Shown here: positions 34,855 to 45,347 of the stretch, one piece after another
How the letters are laid out: every line of letters begins with the position of its first letter
Numbering within the stretch: the stretch's first letter is position 1
Assembly (NCBI GenBank): GCA_004297205.1
Contig: SCUL01000002.1
Span: 462,647 to 526,646 of the forward strand
DNA length: 64,000 nucleotides
Direction: 5' to 3'
Source: Patescibacteria group bacterium
GTDB lineage: Bacteria > Patescibacteriota > Patescibacteriia > 2-12-FULL-57-11
Notes under the pieces: model-generated
Seen by the model: the letters and a program-made list of their open reading frames with translations, nothing else
What the model was told of the DNA's origin: nothing
Databases searched by the model: none
Made by a program: the position numbers and the translations under genes

Positions 34855-35187
34855 ATGGACCCCGAATTCTTATTCCTGGTCGGTGGAACGCTGGTGAGCA
34901 TCTTCCTGCACCTGTTCACGCTCAACTTCGTCTTCACCATGGTCTGGGATCTCGACGGCGTCTTCCTAGTGGGCCTTTTCTGCGCCATCTTCCTTGGCGC
35001 GGTCACCGGCATCTTCGTCGCCGCGGCCTTTCCCCCGGCCCAGCCGGTGGCCTCGGCGGCGATCGCCTCGCTGCTCATGCTGGCCACCTTCAAAAATCTG
35101 CCCGGTTACCGCCGGCTGACGCTCGTCCTGATCAACATCGTCTTCGCCTTCGGCCCGCCGGTCATCCGCGCCGCCTCCGGCCTCTGA
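34855..35187 (+). CDS. Small membrane protein
   Basis: 110 aa hydrophobic; upstream TTGACA..TATCTT. Confidence 0.65.
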   Translation: MDPEFLFLVGGTLVSIFLHLFTLNFVFTMVWDLDGVFLVGLFCAIFLGAVTGIFVAAAFPPAQPVASAAIASLLMLATFKNLPGYRRLTLVLINIVFAFGPPVIRAASGL

Positions 35188-35243
35188 GAACCGCCCGCCC
35201 GGGCGGTTTTCTTGTCGCGCGTTTCGCTCTATACTTCTCCCGT

Positions 35244-35696
35244 ATGACGAACGCCCCTTGGCTGACGCCCCACGAGGAGAACTACATGAAGGCCTTCACC
35301 GCGGCCAAGGCCCACCGCGACGAAACGCCCGTTCCGACCGCGGAGGACGAGGCCAAACTCGCCCTCGACGTCTTTGAGACGCCGAACGAAATCGTGGTGC
35401 AGGCGCCGATCGCCGGAGTCAGACCGGAGCATCTTGACATCTCGCTTTCGCATGATATGCTCACGATCCGCGGAAAACGGATGGAGGCCTCCGAAGCCGG
35501 ACGCGCGTACCTCTGCCGGGAGTGCCACTGGGGATCGTTCTCGCGCTCGGTGATCCTTCCGGTGTCCGTCAGCTTTGAACGCAGCCGCGCCACCTTCGAA
35601 CAGGGCGTGCTCACCGTGCGCATGCCCAAGCTCGGCCGTGGCCCTTCCATTCCGATCGACGTGTCCCCGACTCATGACTCCGCAGACCCCTCTTGA
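35244..35696 (+). CDS. Hsp20 small heat-shock protein
   Basis: LDVFET..IAGV..LTIRGKR..ECHWGSFSRSVILP..GVLTVRMPK. Confidence 0.92.
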   Translation: MTNAPWLTPHEENYMKAFTAAKAHRDETPVPTAEDEAKLALDVFETPNEIVVQAPIAGVRPEHLDISLSHDMLTIRGKRMEASEAGRAYLCRECHWGSFSRSVILPVSVSFERSRATFEQGVLTVRMPKLGRGPSIPIDVSPTHDSADPS

Positions 35697-35835
35697 AGCG
35701 ACGCTCCTCCGATTTGACGGCACCGCCGCGGTGTTGCGCTTTGCAGACGGCCGGGAGGTCCGCGTGACCGTGGACGCGGCCGCCCGTGAAGCACTGGCCC
35801 GCGAGATCCTGAACCAACTGCTCTCCGAACGCTAA
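35674..35835 (+). CDS. Small hypothetical protein
   Basis: 53 aa ending AREILNQLL, fills the gap between hsp20 and the VanW gene. Confidence 0.5.
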   Translation: MTPQTPLEATLLRFDGTAAVLRFADGREVRVTVDAAAREALAREILNQLLSER

Positions 35836-35840
35836 GCCGC

Positions 35841-37736
35841 ATGCTCCGGCCGATCCGCATCAAACTCACGCATCCGTACGCCGTCGCGACTCTTGTTTGC
35901 GTGACGGTCGTTTTATTGATCGGGACCGCCGCGCTCGGCGCGCGCGCCCTCGAACGCCGTTGGAAAAACCTGATCCTGCCCGGCATCACCGCGGGAGGCA
36001 TCCCGCTCGGTGAAAAGACCTTGGAGACCGGCGCCATCGCGCTGGCCGAAACCTTTGATGCCAACGTCGGCGCGGGCTTCCGCTTCACGTCGCCGACATC
36101 GGAAACGATTGTGCCGGCGGAGCTTGTGGGCATCGACACGCCGGACCAGACGCGGACCCTCGTTCAACTGGATGCTGACGCCACGGCCCGCGCCGCCATG
36201 GCCGTCGGGCATGGGGGCAACATCCTCCAGCGGGCGGCGGACGCGGTGCGCGTCGCCATCGATGGGCATGAGATCCCGCTCATCGTGCGCGTCTCGCGCC
36301 AGGACCTGATCAGCGCGCTCGCCGAGAAATTCCAGACCGAAGAAACGCCGGTCGTCGACGCCGGCCTGCGCTTCGAAAAACGCGACGGACGCTCGGCGTT
36401 CGCCGTGGTCACCGCACGTCCCGGCAAGATCTACGACTACAACGCCGCGGTGAACACGCTCGAAGCGCAACTCGCCGAGGGCGACCTCACGGCGATCCCG
36501 CTGACCTTGCGCGAGGCCGCGCCCGCCGTGGGCGATGCGGCGGTCGCCGCGCTCATTCCCGAGGCCGAACGCCTGCTCGGCCGCGGCTCGATCACCCTGA
36601 AAGATCCGGAAGGAGAAACCTGGGAGATCACCCCGGACACCTTCGCCGGCTGGATCGCGGTCGAAGCGGACGCGGGCGCCCCGCACCTCGGTTTTTCCAC
36701 GGAGGCCATGGCGCCCTTCTTCGACGGCATCGCCGCGGAGGTCGGCGTCGAAGCGGTGGACGCCCGATTCCGCATCGAGAACGGCCGCGTCGTCGAGTTC
36801 GCCCCGTCGCGCGACGGCATCACCGTGGACCATGACGCCACCGCCGCCAATCTTTGGCAGGCGCTCCAAAAAGGCGAGACGGAGGCGGCGCTGGTGCGCA
36901 CCGTCGAAAAACCGCGCATCGCCACCGGCGAAGCCAACGGGCTCGGCATCACGGACAAACTGGGGACCGGCGTCTCCCGCTACGCCGGTTCGCCGCGCAA
37001 CCGCATCAGGAACATCAACAACGCCATCCGAAAACTGAACGGCATCCTGATCCAGCCGGGTGAAACCTTTTCGCTGATTGCGGCGCTCCAACCGTTCACC
37101 CTTGAGGGCGGCTGGCTGCCGGAGCTCGTCATCAAGGGCGATAAGATCGTTCCCGAAATTGGCGGTGGCGCCTGTCAGATCGGCACCACCACCTTCCGCA
37201 TGGCCATGAATTCGGGGATGCCCATCGTGGAGCGGCAGAACCATTCGCTCGTCGTGAGCTATTACAACGACCTTGCAAACGGCAATCCGGGCACGGACGC
37301 CACCATTTACGAACCTTCGCCGGACTTCAAATTCCTGAACGACAGCGGCAACATCATGCTGTTCGAAGCCGTCAACGACAGCGAGAAACAGATGCTGTAC
37401 TTCACCCTCTGGGGCACCGCCGACGGCCGCAAAGGCAGCTACACCCCGCCGGTCGTCCACAACTGGATCGGCGCGGGTCCGGAAAAGATCGTCGAGACGA
37501 CCGACCTCGCCCCCGGCGAGCGCAACTGCCAGGCCGGCCACACCGGCGCGGTCACGAGCTTCACCTATGAAGTGACGCTCCCGGACGGCTCCAAGAAGGA
37601 GCAGGTCTTCACCAGCCGCTACCGCGCGCTGCCCCGCATCTGTCTGGTCGGCGTGGCCGCGGCGGCCCCGCCGCCGGAGGAACCGGCGCTCGGCAGTTAC
37701 GGACCCGGCCAGGAACCATCCGCTCCCACCCCGTAA
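35841..37736 (+). CDS. VanW-family protein with peptidoglycan-binding repeats
   Basis: N-terminal TM; RIRNI..PGETFS..GGGACQIGTT..ERQNHS..GTDATI. Confidence 0.9.
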   Translation: MLRPIRIKLTHPYAVATLVCVTVVLLIGTAALGARALERRWKNLILPGITAGGIPLGEKTLETGAIALAETFDANVGAGFRFTSPTSETIVPAELVGIDTPDQTRTLVQLDADATARAAMAVGHGGNILQRAADAVRVAIDGHEIPLIVRVSRQDLISALAEKFQTEETPVVDAGLRFEKRDGRSAFAVVTARPGKIYDYNAAVNTLEAQLAEGDLTAIPLTLREAAPAVGDAAVAALIPEAERLLGRGSITLKDPEGETWEITPDTFAGWIAVEADAGAPHLGFSTEAMAPFFDGIAAEVGVEAVDARFRIENGRVVEFAPSRDGITVDHDATAANLWQALQKGETEAALVRTVEKPRIATGEANGLGITDKLGTGVSRYAGSPRNRIRNINNAIRKLNGILIQPGETFSLIAALQPFTLEGGWLPELVIKGDKIVPEIGGGACQIGTTTFRMAMNSGMPIVERQNHSLVVSYYNDLANGNPGTDATIYEPSPDFKFLNDSGNIMLFEAVNDSEKQMLYFTLWGTADGRKGSYTPPVVHNWIGAGPEKIVETTDLAPGERNCQAGHTGAVTSFTYEVTLPDGSKKEQVFTSRYRALPRICLVGVAAAAPPPEEPALGSYGPGQEPSAPTP

Positions 37737-37744
37737 GCAACCAA

Positions 37745-37904
37745 AAACGTCCCGCCAAGGCGGGACGTTTTGTTGGGCAGAAGCTCCTTCATGTGGAACA
37801 GCGCACAAGAAGATACATTGTAGAAAGCGTCGAGCCCGGAGGCCAGAGACCCCTACGATCCATCTCCATGCTTGTCGTGTGCGCTGGTCGCCACGAAGGA
37901 GCGA
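37745..37904 (-). ncRNA. Rod-shaped small RNA (6S-like candidate) with own promoter and terminator
   Basis: TTGACA-17-TAGATT at 37939-37911; 37783-37902 self-complementary; terminator 37743-37771. Confidence 0.6.
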
Positions 37905-37972
37905 GGCGTGAATCTACCACACCCCGGTGAAAGTGTCAAGGGGGTTCAAACAACCTCCGTTTCGGTCCGTTT

Positions 37973-38590
37973 TCAGCCGATAATTTTGTCGGCCAGCCCG
38001 TACTTCACGGCCTCGGTGGGATCCATGAAGAAATCGCGGTCGGCGTCCTTTTCGACTTTGGCTTTGGTCTGTCCGGTGTGCTTGGCCAAAATCTCGTTCA
38101 GCCGGTCTTTCATCTTCAGGATGCGCTCCGCCCGGATTTTGACGTCCGTGGCCTGCCCTTCGGCCCCGCCCATGACCTGGTGGATCATGACCTCGGAGTT
38201 CGGCAGGACGAACCGCTTCCCTTTCTTGCCGGCGGCCAACAGGATGGCGGCCATCGAGGCGGTTTCGCCGATGCAGATCGTGGACACGTCCGGACCGATG
38301 TACTGCATCGTGTCGTAGATGGCGAGTCCGGCCGTGACCGAGCCGCCCGGCGAGTTGATGTAAAGCTTGATGTCCTTAGTTTTGTCCTGGCTCTCCAGGA
38401 ACAGGAGCTGGGCGATTACGGTATTGGCCACGGCGTCATCGATGGATTCCCCCAGGAAGACGATACGGTCCTTGAGGAGACGGGAGTAAATGTCGTAGGC
38501 CCGCTCGCCATAGGGCGTTTTGTCGATGACCGTCGGCACCAGGTAGGAACCGCGCGGCGCCTGGCTCGTGATGGTATAGGGATGCGGCAT
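37973..38590 (-). CDS. clpP: Clp protease proteolytic subunit
   Basis: [24 protein letters not shown]. Confidence 0.97.
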   Translation of the reverse strand: MPHPYTITSQAPRGSYLVPTVIDKTPYGERAYDIYSRLLKDRIVFLGESIDDAVANTVIAQLLFLESQDKTKDIKLYINSPGGSVTAGLAIYDTMQYIGPDVSTICIGETASMAAILLAAGKKGKRFVLPNSEVMIHQVMGGAEGQATDVKIRAERILKMKDRLNEILAKHTGQTKAKVEKDADRDFFMDPTEAVKYGLADKIIG

Positions 38591-38642
38591 AGGGATGGTT
38601 TCAGTGTATCACCCGGAAACTGGCAGTCAAGGGTGGAGAGTG

Positions 38643-39620
38643 CTAAACGGCGACCACGCGCCAGTGCCCGTCCTGCTCCACGAGCTTCCCGGGGACGGCG
38701 AATCCGGCGGCCTTCTTGTGGCCGCCGCCGCCGAAATGCGCCGCGAGCTTGGCCACGTCGCGCTCGCCGGTGGTGCGCAGCGAGCCGCGGACCGTGCCGT
38801 CCTTGCCTTCTTTGAGGACGAGCACCGTCGGCACGTCGAGCACCGCATTCAGAAAATTGGAGATGCCTTCGGTCGATTCGTCCTCACCGACACCGGCCTC
38901 GGCGTAGTCGGCCCTGGTCAGCGCGGTCGTGGCGATCCCCCAGGTGCGGTTCACGGTCAGCCGCGACAGGGCGACGCCCCACAGCTTCAGCACGGCCACG
39001 GACTTGTTGTGGAAGATGTGCGTCATGACGTCGCCGAGCTTGGCACCGCGGGACAGAAGCGCCGAGCCGACGTGAAGCGCCTGCGCCGTCGTGGCCGGAT
39101 TCGAAAAGTGCGACGTGTCGGTGCAGAGCCCCGTCAGCAAGCAGGTCGCGGTGGCACGGTCGACCGACTCCCCGACCGCCTCGTGGAAACGATGGACGAC
39201 TTCGGCCGTGGAGCTCGCGTCGGTCACGATCAGGTTGAGATGGCCGAAAGCGGCATTCGTGACATGGTGGTCGACGTTTACGATCTTGGCATCCGGCAGC
39301 GCGGCGAGCAGCTCCTCCACCCCGGTCATCTTCAGGTCCGCCGCGTCGAAAAAAAACACTGCGTCCGGGGCGATTTCTTTAACGCGCTCCTGATCCGCGA
39401 TCACCTGATCGGCGCCTGGCATGAAACGGTAGGCGGCCGGCACGCCGTCCACGCAAAAACGGGTGTGGACCTTGCCCTGGCGCTCCAACCAGCGGCCGAA
39501 GGCGAGCATCGCGCCCAAGGTGTCGCCGTCCGGACGGCGGTGGGCGACCAAAAGCGGGTGGCGTGCCGCCAAGGCGACATCCCGGGTCCGGCGGTAGAGC
39601 TCATCCACGTGGATCGGCAT
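38643..39620 (-). CDS. nrnA: DHH/DHHA1 oligoribonuclease/PAP phosphatase
   Basis: HRRPDGD, VDHH, TDT, GGGGHKKAAG. Confidence 0.9.
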   Translation of the reverse strand: MPIHVDELYRRTRDVALAARHPLLVAHRRPDGDTLGAMLAFGRWLERQGKVHTRFCVDGVPAAYRFMPGADQVIADQERVKEIAPDAVFFFDAADLKMTGVEELLAALPDAKIVNVDHHVTNAAFGHLNLIVTDASSTAEVVHRFHEAVGESVDRATATCLLTGLCTDTSHFSNPATTAQALHVGSALLSRGAKLGDVMTHIFHNKSVAVLKLWGVALSRLTVNRTWGIATTALTRADYAEAGVGEDESTEGISNFLNAVLDVPTVLVLKEGKDGTVRGSLRTTGERDVAKLAAHFGGGGHKKAAGFAVPGKLVEQDGHWRVVAV

Positions 39621-39698
39621 AGGAAGGGAGCACTCTACGGGGTATTCGCGGGACGGTCAACGGGGCCAGGATAAAAAAGAGGACACCCCCGGTGGATG

Positions 39699-40508
39699 TC
39701 AGTCCTGGACGTTGAGGGCGGCGAGCTCGGCCTCGATCTGGGCCAGCTCGTCGTTCCTGGCGGTCCGGCTCGAGTCAAGGTCGGCCAGCTGGGCTCGCTT
39801 GCGCTCGGCCTCCTTCTCGAGGGCGATGCGCCGCTCCTCCCGCCTGCACTTCTCCGCGCGGCGATCGAGCTCGTCGTCGACGAGCGTGCAATGCCACTCG
39901 GCCTCGAGCAGCTTGCGCTGCAGTGCGGCGCGATCGGCATCAAGCGCCTCCTTCGCCCGGCGCAGCTCGTCGTCGCTCTCGGCGCCGACCATCTCCAGGA
40001 ACTGGAGACGCTGGTTCTCGAACTCCGCCCCGACATCGACCTCCGGCAGAGCCGTCTCGCCCGTGTCTCCTCCGGGGGATGATGGCCGCTCGCGACGGCG
40101 CTCGACCTGCTCCTTGAGCTGGGCGAGGCGCGCGGCCGGATCCTTCACCGGCGGCGGCGCAACGCCGGCGAGGCAGGCCGCGGCGATCAGCCGCCCGCGG
40201 TCCGCATCGAAGTAGATCTCGCCCTCCTCCCCGTCGACCATCAGAACGCCGTGGTTCTTCAGGAAGTGGTACAGATCGTCTGCGGCACCGCGGGCGATGT
40301 AGTCGCGATGCGTGCTGGCGCAGATGCCGCGCACCTCGTCCGGATGCTTGAAGGTGCCGGCGCGGCGCGCCGTCTTGCCGAGTTGCTTCAGCACGGCCTC
40401 GAGGGCGGGCGGCTGCTTGGACGTCACGCGGTAGCGGGTATGCCGCTCCACGTTCTCGGGACCTGCCGCCGACTGCGCTCCGTTGCTGCCGCTTGCCTGA
40501 GCTGCCAT
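39699..40508 (-). CDS. Hypothetical protein with C-terminal coiled coil
   Basis: SD GGAGGAGG; promoter TTGACA-17-TATGTT. Confidence 0.65.
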   Translation of the reverse strand: MAAQASGSNGAQSAAGPENVERHTRYRVTSKQPPALEAVLKQLGKTARRAGTFKHPDEVRGICASTHRDYIARGAADDLYHFLKNHGVLMVDGEEGEIYFDADRGRLIAAACLAGVAPPPVKDPAARLAQLKEQVERRRERPSSPGGDTGETALPEVDVGAEFENQRLQFLEMVGAESDDELRRAKEALDADRAALQRKLLEAEWHCTLVDDELDRRAEKCRREERRIALEKEAERKRAQLADLDSSRTARNDELAQIEAELAALNVQD

Positions 40509-40673
40509 TGAGTCCTCCTCCGGTCCGGGTTCTGTCACCGGTACCGACGTCCGAACATACGCCCGGGCCGGATGCCTGTCAAGCATCGCCGAGCGGGATT
40601 GACGTTGAAAAACCTGTCCATAAAAAAGGCCTCCGCACGCATAGCGCGCGGAGGCGTTCGTCCGGTGATCCCG

Positions 40674-41486
40674 CTACCGAACCAAGCCGTTGATCGTAGC
40701 CATGTAGGCCGAGATGGCGTTGCGGCCCGACAGGACCGAGAAACGGCGCTCGGGCGGGTAGCCCGGCAGCGTCACGTAGCCGCGCCGGAAGGCGGCTTCG
40801 AGCTCGGCACGGTTCAAGAACACCGGCCTGCCGATGACCTCCCCGTCCTCGGGCTCCGCCTCGCTCTTGCGGCCGAGATGCACGGCGTAGACCGCGATCG
40901 GCGTGCCGTGGTTGGCCGTGTCGATCGCGAAGTACTCGTCTCCGCCGAGACGCGTCGGCGTGTCGAGCATCTCGTAGCCCGCCTCCTCGAACAACTCGCC
41001 GCGGACCGCGTCGACCTCCGTCTTCGCCTTGACGTCGCCGCCGCCCGGGAACTCGAGCTCCCAGCGGCCGACGACCGGACCGCGCCAGGCCGGCACGAGC
41101 AGTACGCGACCGTCGTCGGTGTACGGGATGATGGCCACGGACTTGCCGACGATGCCGTTCCACCAGTAGATCCCCTTCCACGTTCGCAGCACGCCCCCGG
41201 CGGTCTTGATGGGATGGGCGAGTACGACGCTCACCCGGTCCTCGAAGACGACGCCGACCCGGCCGAAATGCGGATCGAACCCGTCGGCCGCGTGCTGCGC
41301 GATCTGCGCCTCCTCGACCGCCGCCATCTCGTCATCCCCCGTAAGGATGCAGTGGACGCCCTCCGCGGCATTGCCGCGGCTCCCCGGAATCATGGCCAGA
41401 ATCTCGCGGTAGCGGGTGAACCGCTCCGGGCGGGTGGCCCGGGCCTCATTGAGCACCGCCTGCAACAACTGTTCGCTCACCTTCAC
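40674..41486 (-). CDS. NUDIX hydrolase (ADP-ribose pyrophosphatase-like)
   Basis: WELEFPGG..AVRGELFEEAGY; GTG start after GGAGGAGG. Confidence 0.82.
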   Translation of the reverse strand: MKVSEQLLQAVLNEARATRPERFTRYREILAMIPGSRGNAAEGVHCILTGDDEMAAVEEAQIAQHAADGFDPHFGRVGVVFEDRVSVVLAHPIKTAGGVLRTWKGIYWWNGIVGKSVAIIPYTDDGRVLLVPAWRGPVVGRWELEFPGGGDVKAKTEVDAVRGELFEEAGYEMLDTPTRLGGDEYFAIDTANHGTPIAVYAVHLGRKSEAEPEDGEVIGRPVFLNRAELEAAFRRGYVTLPGYPPERRFSVLSGRNAISAYMATINGLVR

Positions 41487-41619
41487 GATCGCCTCCTCCG
41501 GTCCGGGATTCCCCGACCGACGCTTGAACCTACATGAAAACCGCTCCATCGTCAAGCCGCCGACCCCGCCTCGACGCTGGAATATCCCCTTGTTACACTG
41601 TCCCCGACGCCGCCACCCC

Positions 41620-43884
41620 ATGTACCTCGAGCAGCTCCACATCCAGGGCTTCAAATCCTTCGCCCAGGCCTCCCGCCTGGACTTTTTGGGTCCCGAACAA
41701 AAGACCAAGGGCATCACCACGATCGTCGGGCCGAACGGCTCCGGCAAGAGCAACGTGGCCGACGCCATCCGCTGGGTGCTCGGCGAGCAGTCCATGAAGC
41801 TCCTACGCGGCAAAAAGTCGGAAGACGTGATCTTCGCCGGCTCGGATAAAAAGGCCCGCTCCGGCTTCGCCGAAGTCACGATGCGCCTCTTGAACGAGGG
41901 CCGTTCGGCCGAGCTCGACTACCCGGAAGTCGAAATCACGCGGCGGCTGTACCGCGACGGCGAATCCGAGTACCTGCTGAATAAAAACAAGGTCCGACTC
42001 CAGGACATCCAGCTGATCCTCGCCAAAGCCAACTTCGGCGAGCGGCACTACGCCGTGATCGGCCAAGGCATGATCGACTCGCTGCTCGCGCTGTCCGCCG
42101 AGGAACGCCGCGACTTCTTTGACGAGGCCTCCGGGGTGAAGCCGCTGCAAATCAAAAAGCAGCAGTCCATCCAGAAGCTGGCGCTGGCCGAAGAAAACCT
42201 GACGCAGACCACCACGCTCCTTGCCGAAATCGAACCGCGCCTGCGCTCGTTGGCCCGCCAAGTGAAACGGCTTGAAGAGCGCGGCAGCCTCGAGGAAGAA
42301 CTGCACGGACTCCAGCACGTTTGGTACGGCGGCCAATGGCGCGCACTCACGGCGAGCCTCGACGAGGTCCGCGGCCGGCTCGCGAAGCAGGAAGCGCAGC
42401 TCACCGCCAAAGCCGGTGAAGCGGAGACGCTGCGACGCGGTTTCCAGGACATGGAAAAGGAAGAAACCGCGACCGGCGCGGCGCTCAAAGTCCAACAGGA
42501 ACTCTCCGCCCTATTCTCCGAACAAAGCACGCTGCGCGACAAGCAGCTCAAATTCGACACGGCGATCGCCCGCGCCCGCGCCGAGGCTACCGTCACGACG
42601 CCACTGCCGCTCTCCAAAATCATCAGCGAACTGCAGGGCATCGTCGACGGACAGGCCAAGCTCGTGGAGAAGATCCAGAAGGTGAAGGATTTGGACGCGC
42701 TCGCCGCCATCCAGAAAGAACTGGCCGCGACGTCCGAGCGCACCCGCGAACTGCTCGACAAGCTGGAGCGGCCGCCAAAGTCCGAAAAACCCGACGCTGT
42801 TGATCCGAAGACCTTGGCCGACCTCGCCATCGTCCAGAAGGAAGTAGCGGAGGTCGCCGCGCGGATTGCGGCGGCCCAGAAGAAGCTCGTCTCGGCCGGT
42901 GCCGAGGAATCGTCCAAAAAGGGCGCCGTCTTCGCCAAACAGCGGGAGCTGGCCGCCAAGCAGCAGGAGCTCCACCAGCTGGAGTCCGCCGCCAACCAGA
43001 TCCGCGTCGACTTGGCGCGTCTGGAAACCCGCCGCGAGGCGCTGGAACAAGAAATGACGGTCGAGCTCAAGGAGCGCGCCGAGCGGGTCCGCGCCGAAGC
43101 CGCGGCGCTTCCGGAGGGTCCGCTCGACGGGGAGCTTGGAGCGCGCATCCAGAAGCTGAAGTACTCGCTGGAGCTGATCGGCGGCATCGATCCGGAAGTC
43201 GTGAAGGAATACCAGGAGACCAACGACCGCTTCACGTTCCTCTCAACGCAGAGCGAGGACCTGCGCCTGTCGATCGAGAATCTGGAGAAAGCCATCATCG
43301 AACTCGAGGGGCTCGTTGAAGAACGTTTTGTCACGGCCTTCGATGCCATCAACGCCAACTTCGACCGCTACTTCAAGATTCTGTTCAACGGCGGCCAGGC
43401 CAAACTCACGAAGACCGTGCAGAAAGAGGAAGATGCGGAGACGGAATCAGACGTCCTTGAGGAGGAGATCGAAGAAAAACCCAAGACCATCGCGGAGAAA
43501 TTCCGGGAACAGAAGTACGTCATCGACATCAGCGCCAACCCGCCGGGCAAGAAAGTCAAAAATCTGACCATGCTCTCCGGCGGCGAGCGGGCGCTGACCG
43601 CGATCGCGCTGATCTGCGCCATCATCTCCACCAATCCGCCGCCGTTCGTGGTGCTCGACGAAGTCGACGCCGCGCTCGACGAATCCAACTCGGTGCGCTT
43701 CGCCACCATCGTCGACGAACTCTCCCACCGCTCCCAGTTCGTGGTCATCACCCACAACCGCTACACCATGGAGAAGTCGTCCGTCTTGTACGGCGTCTCG
43801 ATGGGCGAAGACGGCGCCTCGCGGCTCTTGTCCGTAAAGATGGAAGACGTCCTCAAAGGACACGGCGCCAAACAACCGGTGTAA
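41620..43884 (+). CDS. smc: SMC family protein (short, 754 aa)
   Basis: GFKSF, GPNGSGKSN, IGQG, LSGGE, LDEVDAALD, ITHN. Confidence 0.92.
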   Translation: MYLEQLHIQGFKSFAQASRLDFLGPEQKTKGITTIVGPNGSGKSNVADAIRWVLGEQSMKLLRGKKSEDVIFAGSDKKARSGFAEVTMRLLNEGRSAELDYPEVEITRRLYRDGESEYLLNKNKVRLQDIQLILAKANFGERHYAVIGQGMIDSLLALSAEERRDFFDEASGVKPLQIKKQQSIQKLALAEENLTQTTTLLAEIEPRLRSLARQVKRLEERGSLEEELHGLQHVWYGGQWRALTASLDEVRGRLAKQEAQLTAKAGEAETLRRGFQDMEKEETATGAALKVQQELSALFSEQSTLRDKQLKFDTAIARARAEATVTTPLPLSKIISELQGIVDGQAKLVEKIQKVKDLDALAAIQKELAATSERTRELLDKLERPPKSEKPDAVDPKTLADLAIVQKEVAEVAARIAAAQKKLVSAGAEESSKKGAVFAKQRELAAKQQELHQLESAANQIRVDLARLETRREALEQEMTVELKERAERVRAEAAALPEGPLDGELGARIQKLKYSLELIGGIDPEVVKEYQETNDRFTFLSTQSEDLRLSIENLEKAIIELEGLVEERFVTAFDAINANFDRYFKILFNGGQAKLTKTVQKEEDAETESDVLEEEIEEKPKTIAEKFREQKYVIDISANPPGKKVKNLTMLSGGERALTAIALICAIISTNPPPFVVLDEVDAALDESNSVRFATIVDELSHRSQFVVITHNRYTMEKSSVLYGVSMGEDGASRLLSVKMEDVLKGHGAKQPV

Positions 43885-43950
43885 AAAAGAGACCCCGCCG
43901 TCGTCCTCACATGGAGGAAGGGTGGCGGGGTTTTGCGTTTGTCGCGGCCG

Positions 43951-44358
43951 TCAGCGGCGCGCGGACGCGGGTTGCGGCGGGGGCGGCCCCTGCCGTTCGA
44001 TGATCTCGTCGCGGAGCACCCGGATGGCATCCCGGGTGTCCCAGGCGGGGTCCGCGCTTCCGGATTCCGTCGCGGCCACCGCTTCCCGGTAGCGCGTCCA
44101 GAAGTCCGTGCGGCGGCTCTCCCCCAGGGAATCGCCGCAGCGCTCACAGTACTCGCAGCCCGGATCGGCCGCGAAAGACACGATCAGTCCACCGTGGCAC
44201 GCGCTCAGCGCGTCCGTGCGGAAGGCGATTCCCCGTCGCGCGAGCGCCGTACGCGCGCGGACGGATTCCGGATTTGCCGACAGATACCGGTACAGCGCCC
44301 GGCCGCAGAACGCGAGCACCGCCGCGCCTGCCAGACAGCCGACCACCAGCGTCGCCAT
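43951..44358 (-). CDS. Hypothetical N-anchored protein with CxxCxxC
   Basis: Hydrophobic N-terminus; own TTGACG..TATCTT promoter, SD and terminator. Confidence 0.6.
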   Translation of the reverse strand: MATLVVGCLAGAAVLAFCGRALYRYLSANPESVRARTALARRGIAFRTDALSACHGGLIVSFAADPGCEYCERCGDSLGESRRTDFWTRYREAVAATESGSADPAWDTRDAIRVLRDEIIERQGPPPPQPASARR

Positions 44359-44559
44359 GCTCTTCTTCTCTCCTCTCCTCCGGACACGTGCCTGGAGGTG
44401 CCCAAGAAGATACCCTGGAATCGCCCCCGCGTCAACCCTTGACGCTTCGGCCCGGCTTCCCTATAGTGCAGGCGCTGCATCGACCCCGCTCAGCGGGGCA
44501 AGACGCCACGGCGGCGCTCACCGCCTAACGCGTCGCATCTACATCTAACATCATCAGGC

Positions 44560-44919
44560 ATGCTGACCATCCGCTTGTCCCGCGTGGGCAAGAAGAAGCA
44601 GCCGTCCTACCGGCTGATCGTCTCCGAGAAGGCCCGCGACCCCTGGGGTAAGGCCACCGAGATCCTCGGTTCCTACGATCCCCGCACCAAAAAGGCCGCG
44701 CTCAACGCCGAGCGCATCGCCTACTGGCGCAGCCAGGGCGCGCAGCTCTCCGACTCCGTCTGGAACCTGCTCCTCAAGGAAAAAATCGTCGAAGGCACGA
44801 CCCGCAACGTGGTCGCCAAGCTGAAGAGCAATCCGCCGAAGAAGGAAGAACCCAAAGTCGAGGCCGCACCGGCCGAGGCCAAAGTCGAAGAAAAGAAAGA
44901 AGAAGCGCCCGCCGCATAA
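44560..44919 (+). CDS. rpsP: 30S ribosomal protein bS16
   Basis: MLTIRLSRVGKKKQPSYR..GAQLSD. Confidence 0.97.
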   Translation: MLTIRLSRVGKKKQPSYRLIVSEKARDPWGKATEILGSYDPRTKKAALNAERIAYWRSQGAQLSDSVWNLLLKEKIVEGTTRNVVAKLKSNPPKKEEPKVEAAPAEAKVEEKKEEAPAA

Positions 44920-44996
44920 GACCCCGACACCGCGCTTTACTGGCGCGGTGTCGCTGTTATACTGGGTGCGTGGTACTTCACACCTAACCCCGCTGT

Positions 44997-45347
44997 ATGG
45001 CTGAGAAGGATCAGGAGTTCGTGGAATACATGGTCCGGAGCATTGTGAATCACCCCGACGATGTCCGCGCCGAGCGGACCATCGACGAGCGCGGCGTGCT
45101 CATCACGCTGCACGTCAACCCGGAGGACATGGGCTATGTCATCGGCCGTGAGGGCCAGACGGCCCGCTCGCTGCGCACCCTGCTGCGCATCGTCGGTGCC
45201 AAGTCGAACGCCCGCGTGAACCTCAAAATTTACGAGCCGGAAGAAGCGCGCCAGGCCCGCATGGCCGAACGGGGGCCCCGCCCGGGCGCCGCAAGCGACG
45301 ACGCCAACCGCCCCGACTTCTCCGCGCTCGATGATTTGAAGATCTGA
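44997..45347 (+). CDS. khpA: KH-domain RNA-binding protein
   Basis: DMGYVIGREGQTARSLR; rpsP-khpA-trmD synteny. Confidence 0.92.
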   Translation: MAEKDQEFVEYMVRSIVNHPDDVRAERTIDERGVLITLHVNPEDMGYVIGREGQTARSLRTLLRIVGAKSNARVNLKIYEPEEARQARMAERGPRPGAASDDANRPDFSALDDLKI

